Of a stretch of DNA of 64,000 nt, positions 11,691 to 23,334 are shown piece after piece (within the stretch, counting starts at the first letter, position 1; each line of letters opens with the position of its first letter). The DNA lies in assembly GCF_001194135.2 (NCBI RefSeq), contig NC_068983.1:15279645-15343644 (forward strand). Direction: 5' to 3'. Origin of the DNA: Octopus bimaculoides. Taxonomy: Eukaryota. The notes under the pieces are model-generated. The model did not search any database. It had not been told where the DNA came from and saw only the letters and a list, made by a program, of their open reading frames with translations. Position numbers and translations under genes: made by a program.

Positions 11691-14337
11691 CTAGAAGTTA
11701 ATGTAAAAAATATTTTATAAACATTGTTTGTAAAAACCAAAGAAAATATAATGCATTAATTACATGAAAATAAAGAAAATAAAAATATTAAAAGAAAATC
11801 ATTGCAAAACAAAAAGATATATTCTGGTATTACAATTAATCTGGTAAAAATAGAAAAAAAAAACAGATTAAATATTAATTTAGACTTTACAAAATCTGAT
11901 CTGGCAGAGTGGAGCCTGCACCAGGCTCCACTCTGCCAGATCAAATTGGAGCCTGGTGCAACCATCTGGTTCGCCAGTCCTCAGTCAAATCGTCCAACCC
12001 ATGCTAGCATGGAAAGCGGACGTTAAACGATGATGATGATGATGATGAATGAGCTTCTTCATCCTACCACTTGCGGCATCATTGTTTTATTATTGTAGTG
12101 CTAGATACAATTTGCATGGCAATATCATGTGACTGAGACTAAGATTACATGATAAAGACTATTTGATTTGACAGCTCTTTTTGGTATTGAAGAGGTTTTT
12201 TCCTTTTGTTTTGCATACAACTTCAGCCTAACTTGGAAATTCAGTTAAGGCCAGCAGAATAAGAGACATGTGACTACTGCTTTACTCTAAGACACATTTT
12301 GCTGTGAGACAACATTAAAGGACTTGAACAATGCCCTGCGTCTAGGATTATAAACACAATCTATTTGCCAGTAATAATGACTTTACCATAAAGAATATCA
12401 GAATAGCGCTGGCACACAATAATCAAAGATGAACATATTTTTGAGGTTAATGAGGGAAATAAAAGGTGGGATTCTAAAGTAAAACAAGAAGGATATCAAA
12501 GTCTCAATGATCAGAAGACCAACCTGCAACAACCACATAACAAGGGACCCTATCAAGCCAAGTGAGTTTCTACTGAGCCAACATCTCCTTTAAATCACAC
12601 CCTACCATCCTAAAGAAAAGGCAATACTCCTAAGTGCACCGTGCTGAAAAAAATCTTAGATGGGTTATATCTTTGACCACAGGTTTGCTTCGTGATGGTT
12701 GACCTGGGGCTAAACAGCAAGAATCATAAATATTTTAAAACAATGCATCTCATAACATTTATAACCTATCTCATTAACTTGAAAAAATATTTTTTTAAAA
12801 AACTACTTCCAAAAGTTTAGTTTTCCTGGTTGAAATGTTGTAGAACTATAAACCAAACACTATAAAAGTTTTGATGGATTCTTTATTGCCTTCATCCGTC
12901 AAATATCAGCCAGAATTTTTTTTTGAGTAATATATCAGCCTCCTGTCAGCTGCGTTCTTCAAGTGCTATCTTTAGACTGATATCCAATAATCTGCACACT
13001 TTCAAAATGATTGAATTTATTCTACCTGGTCACTATTTCGCCAAGACATTTTCAGCTTTTGATCAGCTGCCAAATATTTCAGAAACTCATCTACATGCAT
13101 ACCATAATTTATTCAGCATACAGGGTTTTCTCATAGCATATGGTTCACCTTATTCCAGACAAACAACCATGTCCATTTTTCATTTTAAATGTCTACAAAA
13201 TTTCATTTTGTGGTACATGTTCATTGGATTTCCTTCATAAGATATACTTACACAAAACCATTAACAAACAATAATGCTAACCAAAAGTTAAATGTGGATC
13301 AAAGAGTTTTATGAAAGTGAAATCTGAATGCAAAATTTTCAAAAAAAAAAAACTGTCAGTCCATTTCAAAATTTTATTTTAAAAAAACATTATTACAACA
13401 TAAATAGAGGTAAACTTATGATAATATAAAACACTTATCATCATCGTCGTTTAACGACCGCTTTTACGTGCCACCTGCACAGGAGCCAGTCCAGCGGCAC
13501 TGGCAACGATCTTGCTAGAATGTCTTTTCACGTGCCAGGAAGGCGACGCTGGTAACGATCACGCTCAAATGGTGCTATTTACGTGCCACCAGTACAGAAG
13601 CCAGACAGCTGCTCTGGCAACGATCACACTCGAACAGTACTCTTTGCGCTCCACTGGCACAGGTGCCATCACGATTTCGCTGCATTCATTTTCTCAATAC
13701 AAATTCTCTCATATATGATGGGAAAATAATTTATTCCACTTCAGTTTCTCAATTTATTTTTATTCCTCAATCAGAGAAATTTGATGGACTGTCTATGAAT
13801 ATTATTACCCACCCAAACTTAATACCTACCGAAGCAGACTTGCCGTATTGACCTGGTGTTTGCAACTTAAAATGGATAAAACTTTTATTAATTTCAGTGA
13901 TAGTATTCATACCATTAGTATAAACTCCATCAGTCCATAGAAATTATTAACCCAATCATAAGGAACGCCTCTATGAAAATTGCACCAGTTAATAAATGTC
14001 TCGCCACCCAATTGTAACTTGGAAAGTGCTATTATATTATGGAATGTATCTTTAGAACAAAAGTTGGTGAGCCAATTGCCCTTATTCAAGACCTGAAAAA
14101 TCGTAAATCATCCTTGTGTCCAGATGCATGCATCTGTTACATTTCCAGTGAAATCCACCTACATGCTGAACATATCAATTGGATGTAGCGGCTTGCTGAC
14201 AGTACATGCAGTTAATCTTATTTCAAATAAAACATTAACAGTCCTGTTGATTTACAAGTTTAGATATTAATGACAGCAAAGTTCATTCTTTATTTTCAAT
14301 GTCAACAGACAACAAAATTTCATTTGTGGTAACTATT

Positions 14338-14734
14338 ACTCTTTTACTTGTTTCAGTCTTTTGACTGTGGCCATGCTGGAGCACTGCCTTTAGTCGAGCA
14401 AATCGACCCCAGGACTTATTCTTTGGAAGCCTAGTACTTATTCTATCGGTCTCTTTTGCCGAACTGCTATGTTACGGGGACATAAACACACCAGCATCGG
14501 TTGTCAAGCGATGTTGGGGGGACAAATACAGACATACAAACACATACATATATATATATATACATATATACGACAGGCTTCTTTCAGTTTCCGTCTACCA
14601 AATCCACTCACAAGGCTTTGGTCAGCCCGAGGCTATAGTAGAAGACACTTGCCCAAGATGCCACGCAGTGGGACTGAACCAGGGACCATGTGGTTGGTAA
14701 GCAAGCTACTTACCACACAGCCATTCCTACGCCT
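14338..14734 (-). mobile_element. SINE family A, full length, in EMC2 intron 1
   Basis: Reverse complement of the family A consensus. Confidence 0.9.
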
Positions 14735-16021
14735 ATTACCTTCATAATTTTTTTTTTTTTTTGTACAATTCTGTATTTATACCATGAAGCAATGAATAAA
14801 TAAAAACCTGGACAACAAACAAATGATTACAGTTCAATACTTTACCAACTACGAACGCGGATAATTTTTTTTTTCTTCCTAATTTAAGGAATTAAATGCA
14901 CGGCATTAAAAGGAAAGGCTTTTGCAATCGTTAAATATTAATCTTATTGTTGATAGGTATTAGGTTTTTAATGGCTTGTCAGAGTAGAAAGGTCAGTACC
15001 TACGACCTTTTTTTAGGATGTCTGCAACTGGTGGGGGGGAAATGGAACTTATCCTTAAATTGGAGACTGGTATGTATGTGAATGCTTGTAATAGGTCGGA
15101 CTGCTTAAGGCCCCAACAGTTTAAAAGTCATGGAGCCCAGATAACTGAACTGACACCATTATTTTATTGATATTATCTTTATTGATTCCGTAGTCATGGA
15201 AAGTAATGAAGTCATTAATAGGAGAGCGTAAATAATTTGTCTATCAATCAGTAACCCAGAAGATGATAACTAGAGTACGATGCCCTTATTATCGTTTTTT
15301 CACGTGGTTTCCAACAGAAGAAAACATCTCAGTCAAAACCACAAATCATTAGAACAGCATATTGATGTTAAGCTCGGGTTAAGACTCTTGAAGTTCATAT
15401 TTCAAAACCGGTGATATTTAACTGACTAGCTGATTAAATTACAAAATTTAAAAATATAAATAAACCTAAGCAATTAGCATAACGCCGTTCGCTTGGTCAA
15501 AATTTAGAAATGTCTATTACACTTATATAAACATAAAATAGTTTGCATAGAAATGTGATAGAATAAAATAAACCTATAGAAAAGAACAAGGGAAAATAGA
15601 GATGAAACTACGACGAGAAAGTGCTTAGCAAATAAATATCTGAAAAAATAATACATTCGGTTGGAAGAACGTTTTGGTTAACCAGAACAGAGATAAAATG
15701 TTAGTGTATGTGCGTGTGTAAACATTTAATCAGTAAATGTATTAAACAGAAACAGTATTTATATCTTTATGATGTACTTATCTACTAACCTGATCAACTA
15801 AGTTACTACAATCACGACGAAAATTTATAACTGCTCGAATACAGATTTGGAAGAATATTATATATTGGGAAGACCAACTCTTATGAAATAACTGTGAGTT
15901 TTGAATTTCTTTAATTTTGCACTTTATTTTCTCTTCATTTATTTTTACCAATACAGGTTTTAAAATATAGGATGGGTGTAAATCTATTTAAAAAAAAAAG
16001 GGGGTGTAGTTATTTTCAATG

Positions 16022-16235
16022 GGCGATCTTTCGATACCAGTACGAAATATCGGCTTTTTCCGTAATACCCACACGATCTTCACTCGGGTGTTAGGGTTTT
16101 AGTGTCAGGGTTAGGGTTTTAGGGTTAGTGTTTAGGGTTACGGTTACGGACGGAATTCCCAAACCGTAACCATCTTTCCCTCCAACACTTTTTACGGAAA
16201 AGGCCGATATTTCGTACTGGTATCGAAAGATCGCC
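16022..16235. mobile_element. MITE with about 45-bp TIRs and internal TTAGGG-like repeats (Merlin-like)
   Basis: GGCGATCTTTCGATACCAGTACGAAATATCGGC...GCCGATATTTCGTACTGGTATCGAAAGATCGCC. Flanks TTTCAATG / TTCCAATG form an 8-bp TSD with 1 mismatch. Confidence 0.78.
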
Positions 16236-16757
16236 TTCCAATGTTTTCAACCCCATAAATAAACTAGGTAGTGTTAAATGTTGTGATGTAAAGACTTACA
16301 CAAAAAAGTTCACCAGCAACTAAAAGTGAAAAAAAAAAGTAGGATGTTCCGTTTGTATTATAACATATGCAAGAAAATTACTTGAATGAAAGAAAGGGTA
16401 GAACGGTATTTTAGAGAAACGTGTCTATCTATCTATATTTATTATGTGTGAGTCTGTATAAGACACATACGTAAAGAGAGATATTATTAAAAAGCGATAA
16501 AATAGGTATATTGTGTAATTAATTATCAATAGAATGGACTGGGTTGTAAGATAGGATGAGCAGAGGAAAGAGAAACGATTGAACCGAAATGTTTAATAAT
16601 CCCGGTGTTACATCTGGAACAGCCTTCTATGTATATCTACTCCTATTGGAGAAGAGAAACTAGAACGTCTGTATTCAGAATATTTCAAAAAAATAACTCG
16701 TCATAGTTGAAAGGAAAAATAAATGAAAACTATGAACGGTACAATGATATTATTTAC

Positions 16758-16791
16758 CTTCGAAATTTGATAGATTTAACTGCTCGGCCAT
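16758..16791 (-). CDS. EMC2: EMC2 coding exon 1 (MAEQLNLSNFE + 1 nt)
   Basis: Minus strand reads catcATGGCCGAGCAGTTAAATCTATCAAATTTCGAAG|gtaaat. The phase-1 donor joins exon 2 in frame (G|AT = Asp). It lies at the edge of a CpG-rich region. Confidence 0.75.
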
Positions 16792-17250
16792 GATGTGAAA
16801 AAAAAGGGTTTTGCTAAAACACGGAACGTAACACAGGCGCGGAATCCGTAACTTACAGAAAGCTAAATTGCTTTCGAGAGATATTTTATAATTTTCAAAT
16901 ATGAACTTCGAAATAAGGAAACAGAAAAACTAGTAATACCCGTTTATGTTGAAGATATTATCTTTTTAAGTAAACTGACTCAAAACGATATTTTCGTTGG
17001 AAACAAATGCTTGCGAAATTACAAAGTACTTTTTTACCTGTAGATTAAATATAAAAGATTACAAAGATATAATCTATTTATTCTCTAACCTTAAAAAGCT
17101 GAAGTTTTAAATAATTAGAGATATATTTCAAACATTTTCTGGTTCCCATAATTATTTATAACGGGAACATTTTAAGCAAAACTGGTAAATTATATGAACA
17201 ACATGTTTAATAGTAGGACAGAGACTCCCATATAATTGTTATGTAAAAAA
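16792..17250 (-). promoter_or_regulatory. Likely EMC2 5'UTR / core promoter region
   Basis: Unique, CpG-retaining sequence immediately upstream of the EMC2 ATG. No specific element was identified. Confidence 0.4.
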
Positions 17251-17604
17251 AAAAAANNNNNNNNNNNNNNNNNNNNNNNNNNNNNNNNNNNNNNNNNNNN
17301 NNNNNNNNNNNNNNNNNNNNNNNNNNNNNNNNNNNNNNNNNNNNNNNNNNNNNNNNNNNNNNNNNNNNNNNNNNNNNNNNNNNNNNNNNNNNNNNNNNNN
17401 NNNNNNNNNNNNNNNNNNNNNNNNNNNNNNNNNNNNNNNNNNNNNNNNNNNNNNNNNNNNNNNNNNNNNNNNNNNNNNNNNNNNNNNNNNNNNNNNNNNN
17501 NNNNNNNNNNNNNNNNNNNNNNNNNNNNNNNNNNNNNNNNNNNNNNNNNNNNNNNNNNNNNNNNNNNNNNNNNNNNNNNNNNNNNNNNNNNNNNNNNNNN
17601 NNNN

Positions 17605-18000
17605 GAAACGTTAGCACGCCGGGCGATAATGCTTAGCGGTATTTCGGCTACCGTTACGTTCTGAGTTCAAATTCCGCCGAGGTCGACTTTGCCTTTCATC
17701 CTTTCGGGGTCGATAAATTAAGTACCAGTTACGCACTGGGTCGATATAATCGGCTTAACCCCTTTGTCTGTCCTTGTTTGTCCCCTCTATGTTTAGCCCC
17801 TTGTGGGCAGTAAAGAAATAAGAAACGTTAGCACACCGGACGAAATGTTTAGCGTTCTGAGTTCAAATTCCGCCGAGGTCGACTTTGCCTTTCATCCTTT
17901 CGGGTCGATAAATTAAGCACCAGTTGCGTACTGAGGTTGATCTAATCTACTGGCCCCGTCCCCAAAAATTTCGGGCCTTGTGCCTAGAGTAGAAAAGAAT
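17605..18000 (+). mobile_element. Meta-domain-like SINE, dimeric arrangement, CpG-intact
   Basis: GAGTTCAAATTCCGCCGAGGTCGACTTTGCCTTTCATCCTTTCGGG(G)TCGATAAATTAAG occurs twice. Further copies at about 1080-1292(-), 1430-1565, 18778-18992(-), 37782-38010(-), 41660-41860(-), 47610-47771(-) and 56540-56700(-). Confidence 0.8.
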
Positions 18001-20409
18001 AAGTTGACAAAACTCCCTCAAAGAGTATCTGAAATCCACAACACCGAGCAAGGGTGTTAGAAAATTCAGTATGGATGTGGATTTGAACTCTACATTACAT
18101 ATGTAAACGTATTTGTATTTAGTATGCAGAACATTACTCTATACTATTCCTCAGCCACGTTTTTTGTTATTCACATAATCAACGCCGTGACATTCCTCAC
18201 TAAATCTTACCAACTGATATCATTTGCTGAAAAGGTCTAATGAAACTGAAACATGTTTATTACTTTCTCCAGCAGGCTTCAAAGACCCAATCAAGTCACA
18301 TGCTACAGTTTCTACATTTTCAAACAAAAATTCAATCAATTTATCTTGCTGGATGTTCTTAGATTTTTTTTTTAAACATCCAAAGGAGTTTCTTGTCTAT
18401 CAATTCCACGAATAATTTTAATTAATCAACGTTCTTCAACTCATTATATTTCATATGTGAAACGCTATCGCACATGTATTGAATATACAGAACATTCCAC
18501 TGAGATAGTTATTCTCAGCCATAGCACTTCTAAGATTATTCCTGGATAATAGCACTTTTAAGATTAGTCACAGCACTTCTAAGATTACCCCTGGATACAA
18601 CAAATAAATCCCACTTGCACTTCTTGCAAGATCAATAGCCCTTAATTCCAAGTAGATTGTCAACGTTCAGATCATAGCTGTACTTGACTATATTTTTTCT
18701 ACCCTAAAAGTATGAATGGCAAAATTGACCGCAGCGGGATTTGGGCCCCAAAACGTAAGAAGTCGGAAGAAGTGTTCTTTTCTACTCTAGGCACAAGGCC
18801 CGAAATTTGGAAGGGAGGGAGGGGCAGTCGACTAGATCGATGCCAGTACGCAACTGGTATCTAATTTATCGATCCCGAAAGGATGAAAGCAAAGCCGACC
18901 TCAACGGAATTTGAACTCAGAACGTAAAGGCAGACGAAATACTGCTAAGCATTTCGCCCGGCGTGATAACGGTTCTGCCAGCTCGCCGCCTTAGTCGAAG
19001 GAAAAATTAAACAGGTTTTCTTTGTTTACCTTCTTTTTTTTTTACCTGAAAGTTTAATGATTCAGCAAATATACTGCCAATTTTCAATAGCAGAAACGAA
19101 TAGAGTGTTTGTGTATATTTTTAGGCTTTTGTGATGCAATTTTTTAAGTCTGAACACACGATTTCAGATCAAACTACTAAACAAATAAGTTCGACTCAAC
19201 AATTTTTTTCCCCAACATATTTTAAATCTAATTAAGAATTATACTGTCAGCAAACTCTTCAAATCAAAAACACAAAGCGGAGGCTCCTTAAAAAAGTGTT
19301 AACTAAGTAGTTTTGAATGGACTTGTAGTGGAGCTCCATTTCTTATAGACCTTATTGTTCGACCACTGGCACATCTACGTAGTTGTTAGATCTGTAAAAA
19401 ATAGCAACCAAATCTCTCTTAGCCCACACCATCTTTATTTCAATGTTTTTAGTTCAATTTGATTTATTTATTTAATTCCATTCTATTTTTTGTGTTGAAT
19501 GAGTTTATTGAACGTTTGCAAAAATTAACTCCGAGCAGCTGACATAGTGATTTCGCTTTTCATGTAACGAATTTCGCTTTTTATATTTTTCCCTTTAACA
19601 TGCCTTACAAGAATGGTACAAGTCATGATTTGATGGAAGACTTATCTTTCTGAATTTATGCGACCTCTGTCCTTTGTGACATTAAAATTTGTTATAATAC
19701 ATTGCGTATTATTTTAAGATGTTTTAATTTTTATACTTTGTTACCTTACAATTGCAGCCAATAAAATGACAGGCACCTGTTCAGGATCATTATTAACTAA
19801 TAAGTTAAGGTCTTTTCAGTTGACATCTGCAATCTTCTCAATTAGCTATCCCAGATAGTTTTTTGTTTTTTTCACCGTCTTTATTTTTTTCTTTTGGTAT
19901 TTGGTTTTTACATATTGGTGTCAGTCTTGAATGCTATATTTTTTTGCATGTATGTACATCATCATCCTCATTTAACATTCGTCCATGCTGGCATGGACAG
20001 TTTGACCAAAGCTGCCAAGCTGAAGAGCTGCACCAGGCCCCTCATTCAAAGTTTAGTTAATTTTTTCAATTTAAATTTTGAATTTATCTTCCTTGCTTTT
20101 CCTGACATTGATCATTAAGCTAATGCTTTTTCCCCCTCTTACTACAAGTGCAACTTTAATTAATGAACATTTTTTAGTTAATCACAATAAGTATGTTATC
20201 ACGGACTCTACTATGTCTCATAGAGACTTCCATTGTTAAAGGTTTTTTTCTATCTGCCCTCAGTGTTTCTGTTATTGTTTATGTAAGGAATATTATCTAA
20301 TCTCTTACTTCTATAACATATAATTACCTTCAATTAATTTCTGTGGCTAATGATTTTTAAAGAGGTTATCAGCAGTATAACAATTTGAAGTAGCTTTAAA
20401 AATTTTAAG

Positions 20410-20791
20410 AGAAAATGGTTGTGTGGTAAGTAGCTTGCTTACTAACCACATGGTTCCGGGTTCAGTCCCACTGCGTGGCACCTTGGGCAAGTGTCTTCTA
20501 CTATAGCCTCGGGCCAACCAAAGCCTTGTGAGTGGATTTGGTAGACAGAAACTGAAAGAAGCTCGTCGTATATATATACATGTATGTGTGTCTGTATTTG
20601 TCCCCCCAACTTCGCTTGACAACCGTTGCTGGTGTGTTTACGTCCCTGTAACTTAGCGGTTCGGCAAAAAGTGACTGATAGAATAAGTACTAAGCTTACA
20701 AAGAATAAGTCCTGGGGTCGATCTGCTCGACTAAAGGTGGTGCCCCAGCATGGCCACAGTCAAATGACTGAAACAAGTAAAAGAGTAAGAG
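20410..20791 (+). mobile_element. SINE family A
   Basis: Family A consensus. Confidence 0.88.
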
Positions 20792-23334
20792 TAATCCTTT
20801 TAAAAAAATCAAACTCCCACTCCACTTGAATTTGAAAATATAATTTGTACTCATTTCGTAGCAGTAATAAGTGCCAATTGAAATTATAAAGACTGATACA
20901 TTTATTATTTATATGATATAACCCAGATGTTGTTTTTCTCCAAACTAGCCCCAGGCATAATAAATGTTGAAGACATGGTTCTTACCTCAAGATTCCAGTT
21001 GTTTCTTCTTTTATTAACTTTATTTATTTATTTATTTATTTCAGTTTGCTGTATTGTTTTTTTTTTTTCACAACAATGACCTACCTAAAACCAAATTACT
21101 AAAGATTATTTTTTCAGCAATAGTTTAAAAAAAACTCAAAGTAGAAGAGTGAGTATTTATTTTTCTTGTAATATTTTAGCTATTTGAGTGAGATTATGAA
21201 AACATTATCTCCAAAATAAATAATTGCCCAAATGGTTAAAATAATAATCATGAAGTTAATATCATTTATCTCCTACTGTAAAACTAATTCTAATTAGATT
21301 TTTGATATTCATTACATTGAATGTTACATACAATAGTTAACTGTACAATGCCACTTACTATGAAATACAAATCTGTCAGTTTCCTGCATATCAATTGTAA
21401 GCAATGTGCTGTTAAACTGACTTCTGTTTATGTTAATTCTTTTAACTCTTTAACTTTCAGATTTCTTTGTCAAATGCAATGCTTATATAATCACAGTATT
21501 TTGAATTAAGCATGCATTATCTTGTATCCTGAAGATTTCAGTGAATGACATTGTAGGGTAGGTGTCTATTTTTGCCCTCTCTTTTTTCTTCATTATATTT
21601 CCAATGATGCTCCTTAAGCATTGGGTTTCAGCCCTAGATGCAGAAAATAGTGCAACCCTAAACAATAGTTAATCCTTGACAAATTACTTCCCTACACTGC
21701 ACTAGAATGTTATCAATGCATTCTGTTGCTTATTTAAAATGTATTCAAGAATACTTAGATTAACTAGCTTAGCATTAAGCTGTGATGACTGTAGACACAT
21801 GTCCCTGGCTAGGCAAATACTTCTGTGGCTGCCATTTTGTTTATCCAATGCATCCTTCCATCTTTAAGAGGATCTAATGGAGACTTGGTTTGTATTTCTG
21901 GCAGGCCAAGCAACCATGTAGTAGCTTCCTTCTTTTACCTCAAAAGTCTACCATGTTGGCTTGTCAATTTGTTTTTTGCATCAAAAGGTGATAAGGTCAT
22001 ATGAATACTCCCTGTTACTGTTACCCTCTAGATCAACCCGGCTGACAAAATTAACATATTCCAGCAATAACTACACAATTTTTTTGATTTTTCACTCAAG
22101 CTACTTTATGATATTAGCACAACAGTAATCTAACGTTAATACCGTCACGGAGGCCCAGCTCTTTCTTCACAGAGTGGTCCTTAAAACGAAAAAAAAGCTA
22201 ATAAATAAACAATATTTCTCATTTTGATAGTTGTAATATCTAAAGCACGTCTGCTACAAGGGACATAACTCTTACCTCTACGTTCTGAAATTTTAAATTT
22301 GGTTAATAAAATACTGATGCCTCAAGCTTAACATACTTGTATAATTTCTTTCATTGAAAGATCTTATTTGCTATATATATTCAACTTTTTCTTCAATCTG
22401 TAAATCGAAATTAACCATTTACCTATTTAAAGCATTTTCATAAGTTTGTCTTTAACGTCCATACCAAACTTAGTTAGCCCTTCTTTCATACGTTCTGAGT
22501 AATACACAGCTTTCTTCTTAAATCTCAAGTTACTCTAGTGCAGTGTTTCTCAAACTGGAGTCCGCGAAGAAACGCTGAAGTATCATGAAAACAGATGGCT
22601 CGAGACGGTTTAGTTTAAACATTTCAAGACTTCCAATTTTTAGCATGCTCTCATCTTTTGTTGTCATTGACCTCAAAAACCCACGTCACTCCTACACACT
22701 CATTTGCTAATCACACTTTTTGTACAAGTGTGATTGGCCGATGGAAAATATGTGGGTGTAACGGTTGATCGTGCGTGTGCTATCGGTATTCTACGCTCAC
22801 ATGATTCACAACTTCTGCAATCCACAAGTTTGCATGTCTCTCGCCGTCGTTATCCTCACCGGTGCATGTTCCCGCATGCCCTTGCTCTTTGTCAAACACC
22901 CATTCTCGTATCCCATGGTGGCTGGGCTTTATAAGACATGGTTGTTTTTCATGGCAACGTGTTCCGTCCGACATAACTGTCTTCTCAACAGTTATCAATT
23001 CACGGAGGTTTATCTACGGACAAAACAACGCTCACACGCACTTTAGATTTCTTCTACAGTTAATAGTGAGAGGCATTAGTTTAGCTAGAGTGTGGGGCGG
23101 CCCTTCTGTTTGCCACCCGCGGACCTCACAAAAACCACATATTGCCTAGAGCAGACCCAAAAGTGCTGCCCCTACCGTCCACCGCTAGTGGTGAGAAGTT
23201 TTATTGTTAATTAGTGCAACCAAAAGCTAGCTACACTAGGTCATATCAGCACACCCGTAGTATATGATAAATTCGAAATAAATATACAATGTAGTTATAT
23301 TGAATTGGTTTACTAAATTTGATCTTTTTTTATA

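Noticed and set aside
15790-15891. 102-bp open phase-0 segment on the minus strand with a gttagt donor
   Set aside because: The acceptor lacks a pyrimidine tract, the phase is incompatible with EMC2, and the peptide is unrecognisable.
18100-22400. Possible divergent plus-strand gene next to EMC2 (acceptor-like sites at about 18272, 19125 and 19758)
   Set aside because: No recognisable peptide and no consistent donor or phase chain; it cannot be supported from sequence alone.
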